From assembly GCF_963921235.1 (NCBI RefSeq), contig NC_086097.1:142540001-142604000 (forward strand): a DNA stretch of 64,000 nucleotides, given 5' to 3'. The stretch's first letter is position 1. Each line of letters begins with the position of its first letter. The position numbers were made by a program, and so were the translations under genes. The notes under the pieces were generated by a model. The model saw only the letters and a program-made list of their open reading frames with translations. It was not told the DNA's origin and did not search any database. Shown here piece after piece: positions 1 through 12,780 of this stretch. The stretch is from Mobula hypostoma (taxonomy: Eukaryota).

Positions 1-342
1 AACATCTTCTCTAACATCTGGCTGAATTTCATTATTACCTTTATGCTTTTAGACTGATTATTCAACACCCATTTCAAATGGTTAAGAATGGAAATGACCA
101 AAGTTCTCGTCAAAAACTCTGTAACCTCAGCAATTCACTGCCATTCCTGTCCCTTTTATTATCAGGTTGAATTGGGCAGCATGAGCTTAAATTTCTCTTT
201 GACTGCAAAGTAAGCTTCATTATAAAGAAATATAATGGCCCTATTCTTCATTATTTAGGCTTCTTGCTTCCATCTGTGCTCTTGACACCAGAATATTGCC
301 CTCCTCCTTTCTCAATCCCATAATTTCTCCCCCTTCTTTTCC

Positions 343-440
343 AGCCCTGATGAAGGGGCTCGGCCTGAAACGTTGAGTGTTTCTTCCTCTCTGTTAATGC
401 TGCCTGACCGGCTGAGTTCCATCAGCATTTTGTGTGTATT
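343..440 (+). mobile_element. Old Penelope-like 3' terminal fragment with degenerate hammerhead motif
   Basis: CTGATGA-AGGGGCTCGGCCT-GAAACGTT followed by atgctgcctgaccggctgagttcc..gcattttgtgtgt, the same terminus as the younger PLE copies. Confidence 0.7.
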
Positions 441-1139
441 ACTGTGGATCTTCTCAAGCTAAAATGAAAAGAAAATATATTTATATTTAATATAATCACT
501 AACCATCCTTTTAGTAATATTTTCCAGCACCCCATGCATCCTTCTGGGCCAGAGTTTAGCTTAAAAGATTTAGGTAATCTTTGCATTCTGCTTCAGTACA
601 ATTCGTTGCTCTACTTTTGCAATGAACCCTGCTTCATTTAGGACAGCAGAAGCCAATACAGATGTATCTGAAACTGTCAGCATGATGAAGCTGCAACACA
701 GCACCACATGGATATTAAGCAGTAAAAACAAAATGCAGTAGACAGGGGTAAGAGACTAATGGATAAGATCAAAGCTCTGATGCCCTACCATATCTATTCC
801 TGAATGTTGTGGAGAATTGTACAGCTGATGAGAGGAGGAGACTCCAAGAATATCCCACCTTCTCACACCTTAAGGCTTTGCTGCCATCCATAAAATGCAA
901 GTCAGAAGAATGATGGAGTGTCTCTGAACTGCCTGATAGAGTAAAGCTTGAAAAGCATCAAGAAACCCGACACTGTTGAGAACAAATTAGTCTACTTGAT
1001 TGACACCCCATTCATTCATTCCCTCCCCCACTGGTGCACAGTGGCCTACCCAATGCTTCACAGGTCTTCACAACAGCTCTTACATAAATTCTATCTCCAA
1101 GAAAGTACAAAGGGTGCATCACAGGGGAACACTACCATA

Positions 1140-1400
1140 GAGTCATTGAAAAGTACAGCACAGAAACAGGCCCTTTGGCCCATCTTTGTGCCAAACCATT
1201 TAAACTGCTTATTCCCACTGACCTGCACCAGGACCGTAGCTCTCCATACCCCTATCATCCATGTACCTATCCAAACTTCTCTTACGTGTTGAAATCAAGC
1301 TCACATGCACCCCTTGTGTTGGCAGCTCTTTCCACACTCTCACGACCCTCTGAATGAAGACATTTCCCCTCATGTTCACCTTAAACTTTTCACCTATCAC
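1140..1400 (-). mobile_element. CR1 LINE 3' fragment
   Basis: ORF 1209-1403 matches the CR1 ORF2 C-terminus (GEKFK..FIQRVVRVW.ELP..LDRYMD). Confidence 0.8.
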
Positions 1401-2339
1401 CACTCACAGGCCTCCCTCCAAGTTGTACACTACACTGACTTGGAAATCTATCACTCTTCCTCCTTTGTTGCTGAATTGAAACTATCCCATTAATGACACT
1501 GGACTACAGCAGTTCAAGAAAGTGACTCATCACCAGCTTCTCAAGGATAACTAGTGATGAGCAATAACCACAATGATCCCAAAATTGGAATTTAAAAAAG
1601 CATACGTTTCCTTCCTTAAAAAGATTCCATAAACCTTCGTCTTTGTTCTGAAGCATCCTGGGTTCTACTCAAAGGATTTGTAAAGATGCATAGGGTTGCA
1701 TTGTCACTAAATTTAAAGAAACACAATTGATAGGTAAATTTATCTTGTGCAGCAGTGAAATAGGAGACTTTTACACTGTCTATTTTTGTACTTTAGTTCT
1801 TTTGAAAGGGAAATCAGGTGGATGTAAACTGAGCTACCAAATAGCTATTTCTCATATTATGCTGCAACCAACGTGTTACCCAGGTTCAATTTAATTGCAG
1901 TTTGGCACTGAGGCCTGTAAGTGTTCACTAGGAAATGCGGGGAAAGACAAAAGTCCTTCAAGCATCCGTCATTTCACCAATGAGAATGTGGGTGACTATG
2001 TCGCAATCCTGTGTGAGAAACTAAAAGTACATTTAAGGTCAAGAACTTTTCTCCCACCCTGGTGTCATCATTAGTTTACTCATTAAAAGAGTCACTGTAC
2101 AAATACTTCCAACGAAATTTCCCCTGTCCACAATATGTTGGCCATCAGATCCAGGTCTATCACTTATTTTAGGAATCATATAGCACAGTTCCATTTTGTT
2201 AGTTCCAGGAATGAGACATGCTTTTTTTCTCAATTTGCTGCGTTGGCAGTGATCTGTTTTATAGATGTTGTCTGGTCTGTTCAGTAGAATGGGGGAGGGT
2301 TAGCTATAAAGATAAAAGAGGGTTGCAACATCACTGCTT

Positions 2340-2790
2340 AGAAATAGAGTAAGTATATTGTCCAAGTACATAGATGTCACCATATACAACCCTAAGATTC
2401 ATTTTCTTGTGGGCATACTCAATAAATCCCCAGTAGAATAATAGCAATAATAGAATCAATGAAAGGCCGTATCCATGTGGGCATTCAACCAGTGTGCAAA
2501 AGACAGCAAACTGTGCAAATACAAAAAGAAAGAAATAATAAAAATAGATAGATAAATAAGCAAGCAAGCAATAAATATTGAGAATGTGAGATGAAGTCCT
2601 TGAAAGTGAGCCCTTAGATTGTGGGAACATTTTAATGATGGGGCAAGTGAAGTTGAGTGAAGTTATACCTTTTGGTTGAAGAGCCTGATGGTTGAGGGGT
2701 AATAACTGTTCCTGAACCCGACGTGCGAGTCCTGATGCTCCTGTACCTTCTTCCTGATGGCAGCAGCACGAAGGGGACATGGCCTGCTTG
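2340..2790 (-). mobile_element. Rex-Babar LINE 3' fragment
   Basis: LLPSGRRYRSIRTRT motif plus the 3' UTR shared with other Rex copies in the window. Confidence 0.75.
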
Positions 2791-3902
2791 CTTGAGAGTT
2801 AAGTCCGCTGAGTCCTTCATAAGACTGTGAAATCTGTAGATCATTAAGTCAATTTAAAAGTACATTGCTTAAAGGGAAATTACATGCTGCAGACTGCAGT
2901 GAGAATAACTCAAATGAGGTATATTTAGAAGTATTGTACATAGCCTGCAAAACTTCGCGGTGGTTCACCAGCGTCATCTTGCATTAAGCTAGATGGTTAA
3001 TGGTTAGTGGTTTTCTTTGTCCTCTTCCTCTCCAGAATGGCTTGGAGAAGCAAGTTGCTTAACACTGACATTTCATCTTGGCTACTTTGTATAGACAGGG
3101 CACCATAAACAAGAATGATGTTATCCTTCCCATTTTTTTAAACATGAATACACAGAACTATTAACTCTTCTCCCACATACTGAATATTCACCTCTGCTCA
3201 GGAATTCACATATACACTGACACACAGGACTTCATGAACATATAGACCAACACATGTAATTGTGGACATTTACCTATGCAATCAAATACAGTCAATGAAG
3301 TATTCACATTCACAAGCACATTCACATTTAAATACGCGTATTTACCCACACGCATGCACACATGTACACTTAAGTATGTACAGATGGACACTTTCCTCCA
3401 TACACTTACCTCATGCTCAAACAGACATTCTTGCACATACAATTATGTATGTTGACAGACCTGCTTAAAAACCTGCAAAAAATACATGCATTTCCTAGTC
3501 AGAAAATGATGTGACCTTGAAGAGGTTCCAGGGATCATTTTTCCCATCTCAATCCAGAGGATGTTGAAATCAATTGTAGCTGACTTCCAGCAGCTAACAG
3601 CACAAATTTAAACTTATCACAATTTAACAGTGTCTACACCTGTCCTAGGAATGGTGGATATTCTTAAGTATGAGAGTCATAGACTTATACAATATGGGGA
3701 CAGGCTCCTTGGCCCAACTCATCCATACTGACCAGGAGATTTGTCCAAGCTGGTTCCATTTGCTTGTGCTTGGCCCGTATCCCTCTCAACATTTTCTGCC
3801 CCTGAAACTGTCCAAATGTTTAAACATTGTAATTGTACCAACATTTACAGGTTCCTCTACCAACTTGCTCCATATATCCGCCACTCTCTGTGTGTAAAAT
3901 AT

Positions 3903-6159
3903 TAGATTAGATTAGATTAGATTCAACTTTATTGTCATTGTGCCGAGTACAGATAGAAAGCCAATGAAATGCAGTTAGCATTTGACCAGAAATGCAAAGA
4001 ATAGTGTTATTTACAAAATAACTGCGCATAAAAAGTAAGTGCTACAGCACACAAATATAAAAGTACTGAGACAGTACAATATGGGTACAATACTGCTTAG
4101 CACTGTGATGTGAGGTTCAGCAGGGTGACAGCCTAAGAGAAGAAGCACTTCCTGAGCCTGCTAGTGCGGGAGCAGAGGCTCCTGTAGTGCCTACCAGATG
4201 GGAGGAGAATAAAAAGTCCATGGTTAGGGTGAGATGCATCCTTGATAATGCATTTTGCCCTGCCCAGGCAGCATTTATGGTAGATGTTCTCAATTGTGGG
4301 CAATTGAGAGCCGATAACCCTCTGAGCAGTTTTCACCACTCGCTGGAGTGCCTTGCGGCCCGATACGGAACAATTGCCATACCACACTGAGGTGTAGTTG
4401 GTGAGTATGCTCTCAATGGTACAGTGGTAAAAGTCCGTCAGTATCCTGGGACAGAGGTGAGCTTTCTTGATGCTTCACAGGAAATAAAGGCGCTGTTGCA
4501 CCTTTTTGATCAGGATGGGGGAGTCCAGGGATCAGGTGAGATCCTCGGAAGTGTGAACACCAAGGAATATGGAGCTTGATACATATTCAATGCAGCTTCA
4601 TTGATGCAGATGGGGACGTGAGTGTGGCTACTAGCATGCCTGAAGTCCACAATAATCTCCTTGGTCTTCTGGGTGTTAAGGACCAGGTTGTTGTCGGCAC
4701 ACCACTCAGCCAGCTGCTGGACCTTGTCCCTGTAGGCTGTCTCGCCATCCCCTCTGATCAGGCCAACCAACGTGGTGTCGTCTGCGAACTTGATTATGGA
4801 GATAGAACCGTGTACAGGAACGCAGTCATAGGTGAAAAGGGAGTACAGAAGATGGCTCAGCACACAGCCTCGAGGCACGCCGGTGTTCAGGGTGAGAGTG
4901 GAGGAGGAGAGGTGGTCTAACTTAACAAATTGGGGTCTGTTAGTCAGAAAGTCCAAGGTCCAATTGCAGAGGGATGAGCTGATACCAAGCTGGCGAAGTT
5001 TGGCGATCAGCTTGGAGGGGATCACAGTATTGAATGCCGAACTAAAGTCAATGAACAGCATTCTGACGTAAGAGTTGCGGCTGTCCAGGTGGGTCAGGGC
5101 AGAGTGAAGTGCCGTGGAGATGGCGTCCTCTGTTGACCTGTTGGTGCAATAGACAAATTGATGGGGGTCCAGGGTAGTGGGCAGACAGGATTTCAGATGA
5201 GATAGAGCCAGTCTCTCAAAGCGCTTTGCAATGATGGGGGTGAGTGCAACTAGACAGAAGTTATTCAGGAACAACAGGAATTCTGCAGATGCTGGAAATT
5301 CAAGCAACACACATCAAAGTTGCTGATGAACGCAGCAGGCCAGGCAGCATCTCTAGGAAGAGGTACAGTCGATGTTTCAGGCCGAGACCTCTTCAGTACC
5401 TCTTCCTAGAGATGTTGCCTGGCCTGCTGCGTTCACCGAGAAGTTATTCAGGCCCGTGGCAGTGGAATACTTCGTCACTGGCACGTTGGTGACAATCTTG
5501 AAGCTTGTGGGGACAACTGCCTGGGCCAGGGACAGATTGAAAATGTCCGTGAAGACCCCGGCCAACTGCCCTGCACAGACTCTGAGCACACGGCCAGGTA
5601 TTCCATCCGGACCAGCTGCCTTCCGTACATTCACCCCGCTCAGGGTGGCGCAAACATTGGAGGTGGAAAGTGAGGGAGGCAGTTCATCAGGTGGGAGATC
5701 CGCTTTGAGGGTGACCTTGTTCTCTTGGTCAAAGCAAGCGAAGAAGTAATTGAGCTCATCAGGGAGGGAAGCAGAGCTGGAAGTGGGAGCAGTACTAGGT
5801 GGTTTAAAGTCTATAATGACCTGTATGCCATGCCACATGTGCCGGGGGTCTGAGGAGTTGAAATGGTTTTCGATTCTCTGTTTGTATATGTGTTTAGCCT
5901 GAGAGATTCCCCTCCTCAGATTGGCCCTGGCAGAGCTGTAAGCCTCCTGGTCTCCAGACCCGAAAGCTGAATCTCTGGCTTTAAGCAGGAGGCAAACTTC
6001 TCTGTTCATCCATGGTTTCTGATTGGGGGAAACTTCTATTTGCTTTTGTGATGTCACTCTGTCTACACACTTGTTGATGTGCTCAAGGACAGAGTTGGTA
6101 TGTAAGTCAATGTTAATCTGAGAGTCTGTGGTGGCATGGGCAGCAAACGTGCTCCTCAT
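3903..6159 (-). mobile_element. Rex-Babar LINE, 5'-truncated, with RT remnants
   Basis: ORFs 5377-6159, 4510-5310 and 4133-4387 ([29 protein letters not shown]). (TAATC)n tail at 3903-3921. TSD TAAAATAT at 3895-3902 and 6160-6167. Confidence 0.92.
5270..5438. mobile_element. 169 bp Penelope-derived inverted-repeat mini-element inserted in the Rex RT
   Basis: 14 bp TSD AGAAGTTATTCAGG (5256-5269, 5439-5452). ~39 bp inverted arms made of the PLE 3' terminus. Confidence 0.9.
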
Positions 6160-6831
6160 TAAAATATGCCCCTCAAATCACTTTTAAGTCTTTCTTCTCT
6201 CACTTAAAATCTATGTCCTCTAGTTTTAGGTGTCCTTACCATGACCATCTACTTATAATTTCCTCAATTTACTGTATTGGCAGTGACCTGCTGTCTGGTC
6301 TGTTTGGGGGTTGGCTGGATGAAAGGGTGTAGCTTAGTGGTCTTCCTCTTCCTCTCCAAGCCATCTTGGAGATGTGGTTTGCTCAACACTCTCATCTCAT
6401 TTTGGTTACGATTTCATACTCCTCTTTAAAGTCAACCCTCAGCTTCCTACACTCCAGGGAAAATGTCCCAGCCTGTCCAGCTTCTCCTAGTAACTCAATC
6501 CCTCCAGTCTCAGTAGCATCCTTGTAAATCTTTTCTGCATATCACCTTCCTACCGTGGAATGACCAGAACATCAACCAGTGATGTTCCTATCTACCAAAT
6601 TTTAAAGTGATAGTGAAAATATAACCACTGGAAATTTTAACTAAACAGAGAGCATTCTGGGAGTACAGAGCACATCTATTGAAACAGAGAAGGAATTTGA
6701 AAAGGATCTCCATCCAAAGAATTGATCCATTTTCATGTTTTTTTGGTCTTATTGGCCATTAAGATAATATTTGCCTACCATCAGTTGCTGGAACCTGTGA
6801 ACATGTGTTTAAATTATCATTAACTTTGCAG

Positions 6832-6953
6832 GTTGGAGAAGGCAGGTGTGAGGTGTCCTCGCAGTAGCATTGGATCAACACCTTCCTGCAGTCACCTCGT
6901 AACAGACATGGGACGTCTCAGTGAACTCCACCCTGGAAACTACATCTTCTATG
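6832..6953 (+). CDS. DSD1: D-serine dehydratase (fold-type III, PLP/Zn), internal coding exon; upstream exons not found in the window
   Basis: Acceptor ttaactttgcag|G and donor G|gtgag. Encodes [40 protein letters not shown], with the SIGSTPS and [11 protein letters not shown] motifs of chicken DSD-type enzymes. Phase matches the next exon. Confidence 0.93.
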
Positions 6954-7509
6954 GTGAGATTCACATCATTTTGTTGCTGAACCTTATCCGGATTTGGTTG
7001 AGATCACCTGAAGCCATTTGGATAATAGTTAAGAGTCCAACATTTTATGATGGAAGTGGAGTGTCAAAATACTGCAGAGCCAATGCAGAGAATCAGGGAT
7101 ATGGGCTAGGTGGATGGTGTGCAAGAGTACATAACTTTGTCCATCATAACAAAGACATGCATCCTTGCCTTTCCATAAGCTTGTAAAATTCAAATACACA
7201 CACACATCCTTACAGTGTAGATGGAGAGAAGCTCTTCACATTATGAACCCCCACAGCCCCCCATGACCCTGTGATTTCAGTCTCTGAGGCCAATGTGTGA
7301 GCACCCTTCCAGAGGGTGAACTCACAGGAAGCATCTGGCAGATGGGGTACATGGCCGAGTACAGAAAACCTCTGCTGATAAACTGACTGGAGTGTCCACT
7401 AAGATCTTTAACCTCTCACTTCAGTAGTCTGAGGTACCCATCTGCTTTAAGCTTTAACCTCACCATGTCCTATCAATCCAGCTCCAAGAAAACTAACGTT
7501 GATGCCCTG

Positions 7510-9197
7510 TTATGACAGTTTGATGCAGCTGAAGCAGAGAGTGACTCTCCGCCCATCATTCCATCCTCGCCCCGATTGGTTGGGACCTTGAGAACCAGAT
7601 CTGCCAAGCCCTAAGGCACGAGACTGCTGCGGGTGACACGCTTGGCAACCGACTGTACGTGCTGGTGGCCATGCCCTCTGAGGGATTCCAGTGGACCCAC
7701 TCCTCACCCCTCTCCGGTCACCCAGGGGCACAACGGACTCCGGATTTTCTGCTGTGCCGATTCTGGTGACCCACTGTGATTGCAAATGTACGTAAGTTCG
7801 ATGCTGCCTGCCTTCAATCTGCCCAGTCTAATTCCTCCGGCCAGTGGTCCTCTGAGCTCCTGAGGCCCCTACTGGTCTCCTAATTCCTGTGTTTCCAGAT
7901 TGCCGTGGGTTTGAAACATTCTTTTAGGGTACTGGTGATCATGACAATAGTGGACCATTTCTCCAGGGTGGTTCACTTCATTACCCTCCCTGATATTCCT
8001 TCAGCTGCTGAGACGGTGGACCAGGTTCCCCAACATATTGTTCGCCTCCATGGTTTCCCTCAGGACATTGTGTTGGACTGGGGCCCACAATTCATCTCCC
8101 GCTTCTTGTGAGCCTTATGCTCCCTCTTCCACATCTCAACGGGTTTGTCCTCTGGCTATCATCCACAGACCATTCTGGTCACTCTAAAAGAGCTAACCAG
8201 CAAGTGGAGAAGCTTCTATGATGCTTCGCCATCTCTATCCCTTCCACATGGCAGAAGTATCACCTCCTCTGCCACAGGTACGTCACCTTTTGAGCTGCTT
8301 CATGGCTTCCAACCCCCACAGAGGAGCCAACAGTGGAGGTCCTGCCTACCAGGGCCCAGTTCACCACTGCCGGAATGCTTGGAAGATGGCATGGAGAGCC
8401 ATCCTAGCTGGCAATTGCACCCACTGCCACCTGGCCAACCACCATCTGTGCCCTACCAGACTACTCTGGCTTGGGGACTGTCCACCCAAGACTCGCCCCT
8501 TCACGAGCTCTCGCTCCAGTTCATTGGTTCCTTCAAGATTGCCCATTTCCTCAATCCAGTCACTTACCTGCTCCAAGTGCGACCAACCCTCAGGATCACA
8601 TCTACCTTACACATGTCGTGCGTCAAGCCTGTTGTCCATGGACTGCTCAACCCACCTGAGCCTGCGTCTCCAGAACCTAGGTGATCCAGTGTACCCGGTT
8701 CACCAGTTGATGGATTCACGTTGTCATGGGCATGGCGTGCAATACCTGGTTGTCTGGGAAGGGTATGGCCAGAAGAGAGGTCATGGATGCTGTCCAGTTT
8801 CATTGTGGAAGCATTGGTCATCGAGTAGTTCCACCTGACTCATCGAGATCATCCTGGGCCATCGGGTGCCAGCCATAGGTGGTGGGTCCTGTCAGTCTCC
8901 CCACATCTGCCCGACTAGCAGGAGTCTCCTGCCACTTGTTTCCAACTCATCACCTGTAGCCTATTTAAGCCAGTTCTCATCCTCAGTCCTTATCCACCCA
9001 TTGAACCAGCCAGCCTCAATCAGATGCTTCTCAGCTTCAGTTACCCTATTTCCTGTGGCATTTAGTATCTGCTGTCCGTCATTTAGTGGCCCCGTGTGGC
9101 TTGTTATTTTCATAGTCTTTCATTAAAGTTATTGTCCATTGCTGAATCGTCTCCGTCATTCTGCTTTTGGGTCAAGCCTCCTCTGCAGCTCCTAACA
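7510..9197 (+). mobile_element. Degenerate Gypsy (chromovirus-type) LTR retrotransposon: integrase, chromodomain, probable 3' LTR
   Basis: VDHFSRVVHFITLP..HIVRLHGFPQDIVLDWGPQFISRF (integrase), SSGYHPQT, and YPVHQLMDSR..GVQYLVVWEGYG (chromodomain). Purine tract then TGTCA at ~8890. Confidence 0.85.
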
Positions 9198-9479
9198 CTT
9201 CGTCCTCACTGAGATCCGTCATCTCTGTCATCTTCAAATACAGCCTTGCCTGCATACCTGGAGTGCATTGTTCCTGGAGTGCATTGTCCATGAAGGTCAA
9301 GGTTACAGTCCCTCAGCTTTCTAGCCTCAGTAACATTCCAAGCACATGCTGCTGATCTGAGCTACTTAAGAAAATGAATCTCAGCATTGTATGTGGTGAC
9401 ATGTATGTACTTTGATAACAAATGTATTTTGAACTTTGAACTTTGATGTCCCAGTTTGTTTCTTATGGCCATTAAGGGT

Positions 9480-10055
9480 GTCTTCAAAACTCCACACAGA
9501 AGGAGAGGAAATTTCATGTACTTATCCTTCTGCCCACAGAAGCAGAGGAGGCAGACTTGGGCAATGGAAGGGCTGGAAAGGATTGCAGGGGTTCTTGCTG
9601 GAGTTTATTCTGAGTAGCTGCAAACACAGAGGACTCTCTGATCTACAGTCTGTTCCCAGGGGCACCCAACTAAGGGAAACATCAAGGCACTGAAAGGTGC
9701 ACTTTGCACCCTGATCAAAACCTATTGGTCTTCCAGACAAGATGTCTACAAGGGAACACCGCTTACAAGCTGCAGGAGTATGTGTTAGACGATGCACTAC
9801 AGCTTGGTGCAGCCAATGCAGTGTCTTTGTATGGAAGGACTACAGTCTAAGGACCTTCTGCCACTAGACACTGAGGAGCTAAGCCCTGTGTAAAACCTTC
9901 TCAATTACTTGATCCAAGGAGGCTAGGAGTCTCAACGGTGCTCTGTACACATGAAGTGCTAACACTACTAACGTAAGTGGCACTATGAAGAAAACCTTGC
10001 AATGTTTACTGTATTGTAAGTATTTTTATGAATGAAGTCTATCTTTTTAAATTTA
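9480..10055 (+). mobile_element. Tx1/L1-clade LINE 3' remnant
   Basis: Translates LQEYVLDDALQLGAANAVSLYGRTTV-stop near 9770-9850, homologous to the minus-strand copy at 48.4 kb. Confidence 0.6.
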
Positions 10056-10792
10056 AAAATTGGCTTCACTAAATTGGCATTCACAGACTACACCTCCCTA
10101 AAAATTCCCTGCAGTAGAGATTGACTCTGGCCTTGGAGATCTCTAGGAACCCCATAAACAAAAAGTTTGGCTCCTGTGGGCACTCTTTTGCACCAGCTTA
10201 TCCAAGTTCCTGTGAACACAGTTCCAGTGTTCATTCGTTTGATAGCAACAATCCCTTGTAGCATGAGGAATATTACTTTTATTGTTGTACAGCAGGTCCC
10301 TTTTAAAACTCACTGTAGAGATCCCAGTTAACAGACTGGGAAGAGCAGTATAATGAAGTAAAGTTACTGGGCTAGTAGCAAGTATTTTGTACCGTTGATA
10401 GAGAGTTGGATCAAATCCCACCATGGCTGCTGAAGAATTAAAGTAATTATTTAAATTTGGAATAAAAAATAATGTTAGTGATATTAACCGTGACAATATT
10501 GGATTTTTTATAAAACATTTGGTGAACAAATGTCCTGGAGAAACAAATGTTCTGCTGTTTACTAGCCTTGTCAACAGTACAGGTGACTCATATGCATCAA
10601 TGCTGTTGACTCTTTAGGACATTAGGAATTGGCAATAATATTGGCATTGGCAATAATGTCTATCTGAATGAATAAAAAATGCTTTAAATGACAGAGAACA
10701 TATGGTGGGAATAACAGTGTTAAGTTTAGTATGGCATTGCACAGGGTAACCTGAAAGTTTGGTGAACCTCTCAATTGAAAACCTCTATCTTT

Positions 10793-11077
10793 GGGCAGTC
10801 TGGTGGCGCAACGACATCGGCGCCGGACCCAGGAGTGGAGGTTCCTGGGTTCGAAACCAGTCGGGTCCGCTCTCGAGTACGCTTTCCATCCATGCCGGGT
10901 TGAGTGTCAAGATCGCAACTCGACCTCATAAAATAAAGGGAAAAATACTGCGAAGGTGTCTGTGTGAGGAGTGGCGCTCCACACAGTCTCTCTCTCGCTC
11001 TGCGCCTTGTGGAAGCCATGAAAAAGACATCATCACGGACGCACGTACGCACATGCCAAAAAGAAAGGAAAGGAAAT
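10793..11077 (+). mobile_element. tRNA-derived SINE
   Basis: A box TGGCGCAACG, B box GGTTCGAAAC, A/GAAAG tail. TSD CTCTATCTTT at 10783-10792 and 11078-11087. Confidence 0.85.
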
Positions 11078-11104
11078 CTCTATCTTTATGTGACATACAG
11101 AGGG

Positions 11105-11335
11105 GATGTCAGGGGTAAGTTTGTTGGGTGTGTGGAATACACTGCCAGTGATGATGTTAGAGGCAGATGCAACAGGGTCTTTTAAGAGACTCTTTGGTAC
11201 ATGGAGCTTAGAAAAATAGAGGGCTATGCGGTAGGGTGATTCTAGACAGTTTCTAGACTAAGTTACATGGTCGGCACAACATTGTGGGCCGAAGGGCCAG
11301 TAATGTGCTGTAGATTTCTATGTTCTATGTTCTGT
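11105..11335 (+). mobile_element. CR1 3' end with (TTCTATG)n tail
   Basis: ggcacaacattgtgggccgaagggcc..tgtgctgta shared with the CR1 at 17.7-19.3 kb. Confidence 0.75.
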
Positions 11336-11387
11336 TTTCTATTATGTTAGTAAAAATCAAACATTTTTCAAATTTATTTTCTTCCAG

Positions 11388-11577
11388 ATGTCCAGCAGCT
11401 AATGATTGGCTCCTGCCAGATGGATGATATCGCTGTGCGTGTGTTGACAAGAGTCATAGGTCATTATCCTCATCGCAACCAACTACTAGTCAACTGTGGC
11501 TGGACAGGATTGAGCCTGCATAGTCTAGGAAAACTGCCTACTGGTTATGCAATCATTGAGGGGCATCCTGAGCTGAA
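11388..11577 (+). CDS. DSD1: D-serine dehydratase coding exon (190 nt)
   Basis: Acceptor ttttcttccag|AT and donor AA|gtaag. Encodes (D)[62 protein letters not shown](K). Not in the ORF track; frame is continuous with both flanking exons. Confidence 0.95.
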
Positions 11578-12079
11578 GTAAGAAAATATGAACAAGATTG
11601 ATTTCTGAGTCCTCTCCGTGTTCTCCCTAATAGTTTTAATTCTGGCTGAGTTACTTCTACCTGGGCAGCTATCGGCTTCAAGTTCATCACTCAACAGGAT
11701 GCTCATCAATCAGCACAAGGAAGCAGATTGAAGTAGCCCGTAGTAGTTGTGTTTTTTATCCGCAGAGAGAATTGATTTCAACGGCAAGGCCACGATTGCT
11801 AGTGCACGTCCTATGCAAAACCCAGGATGATCAGGCTTTTCTACCTACTCACATTTACAAGGTTGGATTAAGTACATTATATCTCTGGATAGGTTGGTTG
11901 GATCCAAACAGATCAGAATTTCCCTGACCGCAAGTTCCCAGACTTGATGGAGGATAAACTCTTCCCAGGCAACAAAAGGATGTTTTGCATACATATATAT
12001 ACATATATAAAATGTTTCTAGTGGACTCAGTACATTCCATATACTTAAAATTCGTTGAAGCATCTTTTGCAGTCACTAT

Positions 12080-12780
12080 GAAAATGGAAAAGCACAGCTT
12101 GATCTTTTTAGGCAATCCTTCAAGATAAGAATGACTTGCTTCCATTCTGCTTCTGTGAGTTTTTGAGGTGATTGTTGAAGCCAGTTTGGGAACCTTAAAG
12201 GGGACAGGAGATTCCCAAAAGAATGGGGGGATCATTAGATTATATGGTGGTGACTCTTTGTATTCCTGATGCGTTAAGTCAATGTGCTCAATACCATCCT
12301 GAATGCTCCTTGTCCATTTTGAGTGTTTGTGGACTTGGAATTCATAAGGTTTATTGGGTATGTTGTATTTTTTTCAGGGAGGCTTTGAGCACATCCTTGA
12401 ATCTTTCCCTCATCTGTCTAGCAACCCCCTTGACATAGAATGCCTGTTCTTGGGTTTGTTGTCAGGCATTTAATAAATTTGCCCAACTGAGGCTACTTGA
12501 GGCCTCAATGCTGGGAATGCTGTCCCGGGAGGAGACCCTGACATTAGTTTGCTTGTCCTCCCATTTTTTTTTGAAGAGTTTACATGACAGCATTGATGGT
12601 GCCATTCCAGTGCCTTGAGGTGCTTACTGTAGGTCATCCAGGCCTTTTAGTCCCTGTTGTGGGGTCTGAATCTTCAAACATAGTTGACCAAAAGCCGTCC
12701 TGGCACACCGAAGGCAATAGTAAATTTTACCCTCAATGTCTGAGAGATGCCTCCCAAAATAAGACTGTGATATGATTTTT
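12080..12780 (-). mobile_element. Degenerate RTE-clade LINE remnant
   Basis: Minus strand near 12380-12405 reads RFKDVLKAS, typical of the RTE ORF C-terminus; heavily decayed. Confidence 0.5.

Larger units (their letters stand above)
3670..6570 (-). mobile_element. Old CR1 3' fragment (3670-3900 and 6165-6570) split by a Rex insertion
   Basis: CR1 3' sequence continues across the Rex element at the 8 bp TSD. Confidence 0.6.

Noticed and set aside
3206..3470. ORFs in a CA-rich tract
   Set aside because: Decayed (CA)n low-complexity sequence giving biased peptides.
2243..6410. Similarity between 2243-2310 plus 3005-3085 and 6277-6410
   Set aside because: Short and diverged; cannot distinguish an old dispersed repeat from a local duplication.
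1..6800. Upstream DSD1 exons (HxKT PLP-lysine, GVYAHCG motifs)
   Set aside because: No matching exon found by eye; they probably lie upstream of the window.
6954..7186. Continuation of ORF 6833-7186 as coding
   Set aside because: Homology stops at the GT donor (6954); the remainder is intron read-through. The same applies to ORF 14218-14535 outside 14349-14454.
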